Shown one piece after another: positions 7,220 to 13,614 of a DNA stretch of 64,000 nt (positions are counted from its first letter, which is position 1; each line of letters begins with the position of its first letter). This DNA is from a virus: the IMG/VR virus record IMGVR_UViG_3300044608_002890; one strand, written 5' to 3'. Position numbers and translations under genes: made by a program. Under the pieces are notes generated by a model. That model saw only the letters and a program-made list of their open reading frames with translations. It was not told the DNA's origin and ran no database searches.

Positions 7220-7294
7220 GCACCGTTCGACTATCGGTTAGGTCACTAGACTTTCAATCTGGAGAGACGGGTTCGACTCCCGTACGGTGTACCA
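7220..7294 (+). tRNA. tRNA-Glu(UUC)
   Basis: GCACCGT/ACGGTGT, CTAGA-CTTTCAA-TCTGG. Confidence 0.92.
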
Positions 7295-7302
7295 AGAATT
7301 AT

Positions 7303-7376
7303 CTCGGTGTAGTATAATGGCATTACGTCGGTCTCCAAAACCGGTTATGGCGGTTCGAATCCGTCCACCGAGGCCA
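7303..7376 (+). tRNA. tRNA-Trp(CCA)
   Basis: CTCGGTG/CACCGAG, CGGT-CTCCAAA-ACCG. Confidence 0.92.
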
Positions 7377-7377
7377 T

Positions 7378-7454
7378 ACCACTGTAGCTCAGTTGAATAG
7401 AGTGCCTGGCTACGAACCAGGAGGTCGTGGGTTTGAATCCTGCCAGTGGTGCCA
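7378..7454 (+). tRNA. tRNA-Arg(ACG)
   Basis: ACCACTG/CAGTGGT, CCTGG-CTACGAA-CCAGG. Confidence 0.92.
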
Positions 7455-7462
7455 GTTTTAAA

Positions 7463-7551
7463 GGGACCTGCCCCTATCAGCGGACTGTAAATCCGTCGTC
7501 AGAAAACCGATAGGAAGTAGACAAGTGGAGCGTTACCACCAGGGCCCACCA
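7463..7551 (+). tRNA. atypical tRNA-Tyr(GUA) lacking a D-stem
   Basis: GGGACCT/AGGGCCC acceptor, GCGGA-CTGTAAA-TCCGT, T-arm GTGG-AGCGTTA-CCAC, ACCA; only ~10 nt in the D region. Confidence 0.7.
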
Positions 7552-7555
7552 GATA

Positions 7556-7629
7556 CTCGGATTGGTGAAATGGTATCATTCGTGCTTTGGGAGCATGAGG
7601 CGCAAGTTCGATTCTTGCATCCGAGACCA
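7556..7629 (+). tRNA. tRNA-Pro(UGG)
   Basis: CTCGGAT/ATCCGAG, CGTGC-TTTGGGA-GCATG. Confidence 0.92.
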
Positions 7630-7634
7630 GTAAT

Positions 7635-7708
7635 GGTGTTGTTAGTGTAGTGGTTGCACACCTGTCTGTGAAACAGGTAGAGAGGGTTCGATTCCCCACT
7701 TCACCCCA
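7635..7708 (+). tRNA. tRNA-His(GUG)
   Basis: G-1:C73, CCTGT-CTGTGAA-ACAGG, GGTTCGATTCC. Confidence 0.85.
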
Positions 7709-7712
7709 GTTT

Positions 7713-7789
7713 GCCCCGGTGACGGAATAGGTATACGTGTTGGTCTTAGAAACCAAATTTTGGGAGTTCGACTCTCCCCTGGGGCACCA
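7713..7789 (+). tRNA. tRNA-Leu(UAG), short variable loop
   Basis: GCCCCGG/CTGGGGC, TTGGT-CTTAGAA-ACCAA, variable region only ATTTT. Confidence 0.88.
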
Positions 7790-7799
7790 TATATACGGC

Positions 7800-8438
7800 A
7801 TGAAACCAAAAGCCGCCGTATTTGTGCATCATCCTCAGTGCAGCATCCAAAGTGCACATGGCATAGTTAGAACGTTGTACGATGATTTTGACATAGATTG
7901 CATAGGCAAACCGGATTTAAATGATAGGAAACTTAAGAAGTATGACATACTATGTGTGCCTGGTGGCATAGGCGACAGTGATACCTGGCATGCGATCCTG
8001 GAAGATCAGGCCCACAGTCTGAGAAATTTTACGGCTAGTGGTCGACGTTACCTGGGTATTTGCATGGGGGCATATTGGGCCGGACAGCATTATTTGAAGT
8101 TGTTGGATGGTGTAGATGCAGTACAGTACATTAAAAGACCGGGTGCAGACATACTACGAAGTTTCGGCACCGTTGCCAGCATAGATTGGTTGGGTCAAAA
8201 CGAAAACATGTATTTTTACGATGGTTGTAGTTTGCTGGGTGATGAAGCCCGGTTTAGAACCATAGCACGATATAGCAATGGCGATGCAGCTGCCATCATA
8301 CAGGACAACATAGGCTGCATAGGACCACATCCCGAAAGCGATGTGTATTGGTATAGCAAGAAGTTCATGCGGCCCTACTGGCATGAGTACAGGCATCATG
8401 AACTGCTTAGAAATTTTGTAAAGGAAATGTTTGTTTAA
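7800..8438 (+). CDS. BPL_N / class I glutamine amidotransferase-like protein
   Basis: LCVPGG, YLGICMGAYWA nucleophile elbow, GPHPE His-x-Glu; start moved to 7800 because upstream overlaps tRNA-Leu. Confidence 0.85.
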   Translation: MKPKAAVFVHHPQCSIQSAHGIVRTLYDDFDIDCIGKPDLNDRKLKKYDILCVPGGIGDSDTWHAILEDQAHSLRNFTASGRRYLGICMGAYWAGQHYLKLLDGVDAVQYIKRPGADILRSFGTVASIDWLGQNENMYFYDGCSLLGDEARFRTIARYSNGDAAAIIQDNIGCIGPHPESDVYWYSKKFMRPYWHEYRHHELLRNFVKEMFV

Positions 8439-8510
8439 GCGGGTTGTTAGAGGAATACGTTTGGCCTTCCAAGCCGAAAGATGCAGGTTCGATGCCTGTA
8501 GCCCGCTCCA
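8439..8510 (+). tRNA. tRNA-Gly(UCC)
   Basis: GCGGGTT/AGCCCGC, TTGGC-CTTCCAA-GCCGA, U73. Confidence 0.9.
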
Positions 8511-8512
8511 TA

Positions 8513-8587
8513 CCCGGATTAGCTCAGAGGAAGAGCAGCGTCTTGATAAGGCGAAGGCGGATGGATCGTTACCATCATCCGGGACCA
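8513..8587 (+). tRNA. tRNA-Ile(GAU)
   Basis: CCCGGAT/ATCCGGG, CGTC-TTGATAA-GGCG; atypical T-loop ATCGTTA. Confidence 0.88.
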
Positions 8588-8594
8588 GTTTTTC

Positions 8595-8669
8595 GCAGGA
8601 TTAATTCAGTGGTAGAATGTCTCGTTGCCAACGAGAATGTCAAGGGTTCGAATCCCTTATCCTGCTCCA
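8595..8669 (+). tRNA. tRNA-Gly(GCC)
   Basis: GCAGGAT/ATCCTGC, TCTCG-TTGCCAA-CGAGA. Confidence 0.93.
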
Positions 8670-8670
8670 T

Positions 8671-8745
8671 TGGGAATTAGCTCAGCGGTAGAGCAACGCC
8701 CTTACAAGGCGAAGGTCCACAGTTCGATCCTGTGATTCCCAACCA
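8671..8745 (+). tRNA. tRNA-Val(UAC)
   Basis: TGGGAAT/ATTCCCA, CGCC-CTTACAA-GGCG. Confidence 0.92.
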
Positions 8746-8767
8746 AATGATGAAAGAGGAGATCATC

Positions 8768-9322
8768 ATGCCAGTGCTTGCCCTAGATGTTTCAGGTACA
8801 CCACGACAGTGGATCAGCAACGAAGATGCCATTAGCTATCAGGCCACCGACAGCGTAGCCTGGAGCATGGGCGATGTCGTTGTTCGCTACAGAGGTGGTA
8901 CTCAAAGGACCGGCACCAAAAGCTATCTAGAGTGTGCAAGCATCATAGCCATCAAGGGGCATGGGTTCAATCCACACAAGCATGCCAAGGTAGCTTTGAG
9001 CAATCGAACCTTATTTGGTCGTGACCGAATGATGTGCGCATACTGTGGTACGCAGCATGCCAGTGCCGGCAAATTAAGCCGTGACCACATTGTGCCACGC
9101 AGCCGTGGCGGCTCCGATGCCTGGATGAATGTTGTAACGGCTTGTCGTAGTTGCAACAGCAAAAAAGACAACTTGACCCTCAAAGAAAGTGGCATGGAGT
9201 TGCTGTACGTACCCTATGTGCCTAACCATTTTGAGAACATGATACTTCAGAATAGAAATATTCTTACCGATCAAATGGATTACCTGATGTCTGGTGTACC
9301 CAGACACAGTAGACTGCTTTAG
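8768..9322 (+). CDS. HNH endonuclease family protein
   Basis: CAYCG, SRDHIVPRSRGG, WMNVVTACRSCNSKK; N-terminus LALDVSGTPRQWIS like betaproteobacterial HNH proteins. Confidence 0.9.
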   Translation: MPVLALDVSGTPRQWISNEDAISYQATDSVAWSMGDVVVRYRGGTQRTGTKSYLECASIIAIKGHGFNPHKHAKVALSNRTLFGRDRMMCAYCGTQHASAGKLSRDHIVPRSRGGSDAWMNVVTACRSCNSKKDNLTLKESGMELLYVPYVPNHFENMILQNRNILTDQMDYLMSGVPRHSRLL

Positions 9323-9395
9323 CCCTCTTAGTTAAATGGTATAACATCGGCTTTGTAACCCGAAATTATCTGTTCGATTCAGTTAGGGGGCACCA
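9322..9395 (+). tRNA. tRNA-Thr(UGU)
   Basis: GCCCTCT/AGGGGGC, TCGGC-TTTGTAA-CCCGA (C31.C39 mismatch). Confidence 0.85.
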
Positions 9396-9399
9396 GCAT

Positions 9400-9474
9400 A
9401 CCACCGTAGTCTAATGGAAAGGCAACGCTCTTCTAAAGCGTCCTATGGGGGTTCGAGTCCCTCCGGTGGTGCCA
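9400..9474 (+). tRNA. tRNA-Arg(UCU)
   Basis: ACCACCG/CGGTGGT, ACGCT-CTTCTAA-AGCGT. Confidence 0.92.
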
Positions 9475-9476
9475 GT

Positions 9477-9551
9477 TGCGGGGTAGCTCAGTAGAAGAGC
9501 GCCGGGCTCATAATCCGGAGGTCGGGGGTGCGACTCCCTCTCCCGCTACCA
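9477..9551 (+). tRNA. initiator tRNA-fMet(CAU)
   Basis: 1:72 mismatch, CCGGG-CTCATAA-TCCGG G-rich anticodon stem, ACCA. Confidence 0.85.
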
Positions 9552-9558
9552 GCAAGAA

Positions 9559-9593
9559 GGGTGCGTATATGCCCAAAAGGCTATACGCGACCC
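9559..9593. terminator. hairpin at the convergence of the tRNA operon and the minus-strand cassette
   Basis: GGGT-GCGTATA-TGCC-CAAAA-GGC-TATACGC-G-ACCC; no clear U-tract. Confidence 0.35.
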
Positions 9594-9610
9594 ATACATC
9601 AATCCACCAT

Positions 9611-10015
9611 TCAACCGGACTTGGCTTCATCTTTTTTGTCTTTGTCCGCAGCTCTCTGAGCAGCAGCACCTGCCATGGCAGCTTCCTTGCCTGTACCAGC
9701 CAGCATGATGCCGCTTAGTGTACCGCATAAGAAAGTGGCTACTGGTATGATGAGTTCAAAAAACTTCTGATCTATGGGACTGATGGCATTCAAGGGCTGA
9801 GTTACAAACATGATGCTGTATAGCACAGTAAATACAATGCCTATGAGAGTAAAGGCCAAACAGCATCCAATGATGAACTTAAGCCTGACCATGAGTTCGT
9901 TTTCGGTGTAGCGTTCACCCTTTTTGCTTCTAGCAGCATCTTGCTTGGGTGGTTCTGGTTTTGGTTCATCAGATTTTCCAAGCACCTTATCGATCATATC
10001 TTGCATTATTTGCAC
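9611..10015 (-). CDS. two-TM membrane protein
   Basis: Two hydrophobic helices (FIIGCCLAFTLIGIVF; LIIPVATFLCGTLSGIML). Confidence 0.8.
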   Translation of the reverse strand: MQIMQDMIDKVLGKSDEPKPEPPKQDAARSKKGERYTENELMVRLKFIIGCCLAFTLIGIVFTVLYSIMFVTQPLNAISPIDQKFFELIIPVATFLCGTLSGIMLAGTGKEAAMAGAAAQRAADKDKKDEAKSG

Positions 10016-10188
10016 TCCTTCTTGGCTTCTTCTTTAAAGATATGTTCAGGACAAGTTTTGTTGATGTCACACCAGGGTTTTTTGCATATGTCTTTGTCCC
10101 AGTTATCGGGGTTCTGGCATGGATAACGATAGTAATCAGAACACCCTGATAACAATACCATGCCCAGAATACAAAGATACTTTACCAT
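10006..10188 (-). CDS. small Cys-rich lipoprotein
   Basis: Lipobox LLSGC; YRYPCQNPDNW...C..PWC...TCP. Confidence 0.75.
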   Translation of the reverse strand: MVKYLCILGMVLLSGCSDYYRYPCQNPDNWDKDICKKPWCDINKTCPEHIFKEEAKKECK

Positions 10189-10706
10189 GGCAACCACATC
10201 CACAGAGCCTGGCTGACTATGACAGATCCTATGGCACCGACAATGGTACTGACATAGAACATGGGCATGCTGGCTGCTAAGATGCTGGCAGTTAATAGTA
10301 CAATGCTGATCTGAAGGATGCTACCACCCCAGGTAAACCATGGCGAACGTTTCTTGGCTTCATCACGTTCGGCTTCCAGTGCCTTGGCCTTTTCCTGGAT
10401 TTCTTTCTTGTCATCGCTCATGCGTTTGGCTTCGGCAAGAAACTTATCTCGATTCTCGGGTTTCTGAGCTTCAGCAGCACTGATTTCATAAAGCACGCCA
10501 CGTACATTCTTAGCCTGATACCAGGCCCACATGTTGTTGGCTTGTATGGTGTTGTTTTGAATTTTACTGGAATTTGAACCACCAATCATGGTGTTGATGG
10601 CTAGCAGAGCCGCAAGAAACACAATTACAAAACCAGCTTTGTCTTTGATCCTAGCTTCTTTTTCGCTGCGAGTCAGCGGTTTTACTTCGGGTTTCTGTTC
10701 ACTCAT
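10182..10706 (-). CDS. DUF4337-like membrane protein
   Basis: LAALLAI..., ANNMWAWYQAK motif, coiled coil, LQISIVLLTASIL. Confidence 0.75.
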   Translation of the reverse strand: MSEQKPEVKPLTRSEKEARIKDKAGFVIVFLAALLAINTMIGGSNSSKIQNNTIQANNMWAWYQAKNVRGVLYEISAAEAQKPENRDKFLAEAKRMSDDKKEIQEKAKALEAERDEAKKRSPWFTWGGSILQISIVLLTASILAASMPMFYVSTIVGAIGSVIVSQALWMWLPW

Positions 10707-10707
10707 G

Positions 10708-10935
10708 TTATTTTTTCTCCTCTTGGGCTTCTTCGTCTAAAATTTCTTTGACCTGTTCCATATAACGAAGGTAAGTATCCAAGAAACCGTCAAACGTACT
10801 GATGCGTTCTTTAACCATCTCATGATCTTGTACCAATCTATTAATCTGTGATTGCAATACATACAGACCGAACGACTGGAGCAAAATTACAAGAGCAAAT
10901 ACTACAAGTATTACATTGTCTCTAATCCAGTTCAT
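10708..10935 (-). CDS. TM-anchored coiled-coil protein
   Basis: N-terminal hydrophobic segment then heptads. Confidence 0.65.
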   Translation of the reverse strand: MNWIRDNVILVVFALVILLQSFGLYVLQSQINRLVQDHEMVKERISTFDGFLDTYLRYMEQVKEILDEEAQEEKK

Positions 10936-10956
10936 AACATCCCCAGAAAAAAATAC

Positions 10957-10968
10957 TAAATATATTTA
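10957..10968. promoter_or_regulatory. palindromic back-to-back late promoters TAAATATATTTA
   Basis: Perfect 12-bp palindrome giving TAAATA on both strands between divergent genes. Confidence 0.5.
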
Positions 10969-12200
10969 TGGAAACCAAATTAGCAACCATAGTTTGTAGC
11001 GATGTCATTGGCTACAGTAGTTTGATGCAGGCCGACGAAGAAGGCACGCTTCGTCGCCTGGATGCCTGTCGTGCCATCATAGATGGTTTAATTAGCGAAC
11101 ACAAGGGCAGATTGTTTAATACTGGCGGCGACAGCATCTTAGTGGAGTTTGCCAGCTCCGTAGACGCCGTGCGGTTCAGCATAGCCATGCAAGAACACAT
11201 GCGCAAACTCAACAATGGCATGCGTTGGCGCATAGGCATGCACATGGGTGAGGTATGGATCTATGGAACCAATCTCATGGGCGACGCAGTCAACCTAGCA
11301 GCTCGCACCGAAAGTCTAGCCGACTATGGTGGGGTGACCATGACCAGCGAAGTTCATAAACTGGTAGCTTCCAAGATAAAAGATCAGAAATTCATCAGCC
11401 GTGGCATGCAGGAATTCAAGAATGTTGCTCCCATGGAAATCTGGAGCATTGACATACCGGGTGCAGAACCCAATCCACATCTAGCCAAAGCAACAAAACG
11501 TCCCGAAGTAACTTCAACCAAGAGTCATGCTGAATTGATAGCCGCAGTTGTCAACGATCAAGCAGCACGAAACCGAAATATCAACGATGCTCTTGCATTC
11601 AAACAAGATGGCAAGATGGGTCCAGCTACTCGCATACTCATGTGGCGTGTGAGTAAACGAGACATGCAGGCCCTGGATGAACTCATAAGCATGAGTCAAA
11701 AAAATCTAGTACCCACAGAACTCAAGCCCTATGTGTATGCAGTATTCAAAGAATTTTGCAACAAAATAACCAGTGATCTGGCTCTTAAGATTGTAGACAT
11801 TGTAGAGAATGATAGTCGCAGTCTTGCCATGCAGTTTCTCAAACAAGCTGCCAAGGTCAATGAACAGGCCAGCTATAAACTAGCCATGATGGTTTTCACA
11901 GATCCGCATAGCAGTTCTACCGAAATCGATGGCGTCATAGGTGACTTAAAAGAAAGCGCCATGAAGCGCCGAGTACCGGCCATGATGAGTTTGGGCAAGT
12001 ACTACATGCAGATTGGTGACAAGAAAAATGCTTTTAGATGGCTCTATGCTGCTCGTGCCGAGCACGATAAAGAAGCACAGAATTTGCTGGAATCATTGAA
12101 CAAGACCATTAGCAAAAGCGATTTCAATAACTACAAGACCGATGGTGATGCATTGGTGGATGAAATTAAATTCATTGATGAAAATAGGATGCGACAATGA
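10968..12200 (+). CDS. class III nucleotidyl cyclase domain fused to a Sel1/TPR-like helical region
   Basis: IVCSDVIGYS, NTGGDSILVEF, WRIGMHMGEV, GDAVNLAARTES; C-terminal AMMSLGKYY...KNAFRWLYAA. Confidence 0.85.
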   Translation: METKLATIVCSDVIGYSSLMQADEEGTLRRLDACRAIIDGLISEHKGRLFNTGGDSILVEFASSVDAVRFSIAMQEHMRKLNNGMRWRIGMHMGEVWIYGTNLMGDAVNLAARTESLADYGGVTMTSEVHKLVASKIKDQKFISRGMQEFKNVAPMEIWSIDIPGAEPNPHLAKATKRPEVTSTKSHAELIAAVVNDQAARNRNINDALAFKQDGKMGPATRILMWRVSKRDMQALDELISMSQKNLVPTELKPYVYAVFKEFCNKITSDLALKIVDIVENDSRSLAMQFLKQAAKVNEQASYKLAMMVFTDPHSSSTEIDGVIGDLKESAMKRRVPAMMSLGKYYMQIGDKKNAFRWLYAARAEHDKEAQNLLESLNKTISKSDFNNYKTDGDALVDEIKFIDENRMRQ

Positions 12201-12409
12201 ATACCCTGGGGTTCATTGTATATTATGTTCTCATTGTCTACGGTTCATTTTTTCTTGTTACAGGCATGCATGAGCTTAGCAAAGAAGCAAAAACCAACAT
12301 GCCGCCAGATCACATAGAACAATACTATGCTGAAATGAGTCAGAGGCGCATGATTGGACAGTTGCTTCTCGCCATACCTGTGTTTAGTTTTGTGGTATGG
12401 TTAATTTGA
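12197..12409 (+). CDS. two-TM small protein
   Basis: ATGA overlap with cyclase stop; two hydrophobic segments. Confidence 0.6.
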   Translation: MNTLGFIVYYVLIVYGSFFLVTGMHELSKEAKTNMPPDHIEQYYAEMSQRRMIGQLLLAIPVFSFVVWLI

Positions 12410-12589
12410 CTTATTAAACAGATCTTTGTTGAGTTTGTTGACCTGATCCCATAGTGCAGTTATCTGCCTGTCATAGTTTTTCTCAAGGTAATCCAATCTA
12501 ACCTTTAACGTTACAGCATAGGCAGCTATGGCTACCACGCCTGCTCCCAAGAACCATAACTTACCTATTGCATCTGTAACGTTTTCCAT
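12401..12589 (-). CDS. small TM + coiled-coil protein
   Basis: LWFLGAGVVAIAAYAV then heptads. Confidence 0.65.
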   Translation of the reverse strand: MENVTDAIGKLWFLGAGVVAIAAYAVTLKVRLDYLEKNYDRQITALWDQVNKLNKDLFNKSN

Positions 12590-12597
12590 GATAGTTC

Positions 12598-13251
12598 CTA
12601 TCTGTTGGCTAGTGGATTGTCCAAGGCCTTCTTAAGATCGTCATTGATCTTTTTATCCAAGGCCTTTAACCGAGCATCAACTTCTTTGTTGTTGGCAGCA
12701 ATGGCCTTGCTGTTTTCAGCAGACATGCGATTGATTTCTTTGGTTGCAGCATTTATGCTTGCATCTGCTTGCTTCTGTATGTTGCGAACATCGGTTTTAA
12801 CTTCGGCAACTGTTCGATCAATTTCTCGTTGCTGAGTTTTGTTGCTACGCTCGACTTCTTCTACGGTCTTTTCAATGCGACGTATGTCATTCTTGAGATC
12901 GTTCTTGATGTCTCGGGTGTATTCAGCAGTCTTGTCCGAACCTTCTTGAACTGCCTTCTGTGTTTTGGCAGCGTTTTCTTCTATCAAGGCCAAACGTTTA
13001 TCAAACTCTGTTAGGTCAGGTGCTATGTATTCGGCTATTTTTTTCTTCATACCCACATAATCTTTATATACTTCAAAGGCTCCGTATAGGCCACCCAATA
13101 TACTTGATACCAAAGTAAAGGCTACCATGAGCTTGGCTGGTGTGAATTCATAGCCACCGATGCTGATTACGGTATCAGCACTGGCATACTTTTTAACTGC
13201 TGCTTGGGCATCATCAATCTTTTTGTTTACGTCTTTAATTTCTTCCGCCAT
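12598..13251 (-). CDS. TM-anchored coiled-coil protein
   Basis: GGYEFTPAKLMVAFTLVSSILGGLYGAFEVY then long heptads ending ALDNPLAN. Confidence 0.8.
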   Translation of the reverse strand: MAEEIKDVNKKIDDAQAAVKKYASADTVISIGGYEFTPAKLMVAFTLVSSILGGLYGAFEVYKDYVGMKKKIAEYIAPDLTEFDKRLALIEENAAKTQKAVQEGSDKTAEYTRDIKNDLKNDIRRIEKTVEEVERSNKTQQREIDRTVAEVKTDVRNIQKQADASINAATKEINRMSAENSKAIAANNKEVDARLKALDKKINDDLKKALDNPLANR

Positions 13252-13259
13252 CTTTTCCT

Positions 13260-13613
13260 CTATTTGTGAAATATTAACTCTATTCCAAGAACCAATGCAG
13301 GATTTCTAGATTTGTTATCAACTGTAGGCATTGCAATAATATTAATGTTTTTATCAATCTGATATCTCGCCAAAACCATCGGTGCAATAGGAGAATCAAT
13401 TGGTAACTTATATCCTGTAACACCTCCTAAAAATATTTCCAATTTATCTTGTTTAAATGTTTTACCAAAATAACTAGAAATTGATTTATCTGTATTGTAA
13501 TAAAATCCACCTACTAAATCATTTTTGGATAAACTTAGATTTGGATGTATGCTATTATCCACATGTGCCACGCCTAAATGTAAGCTTAAAATAGTGCTGA
13601 ATAAAAAATCCAT
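13260..13613 (-). CDS. small exported beta-strand protein (PagP-like barrel candidate)
   Basis: HPNLSL, GGFYYN, FLGGVTGY, PMVL; visibly AT-rich. Confidence 0.55.
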   Translation of the reverse strand: MDFLFSTILSLHLGVAHVDNSIHPNLSLSKNDLVGGFYYNTDKSISSYFGKTFKQDKLEIFLGGVTGYKLPIDSPIAPMVLARYQIDKNINIIAMPTVDNKSRNPALVLGIELIFHK

Positions 13614-13614
13614 G

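Noticed and set aside
7737-7799. N-terminal extension of the BPL_N ORF
   Set aside because: Lies inside tRNA-Leu; real start is likely 7800
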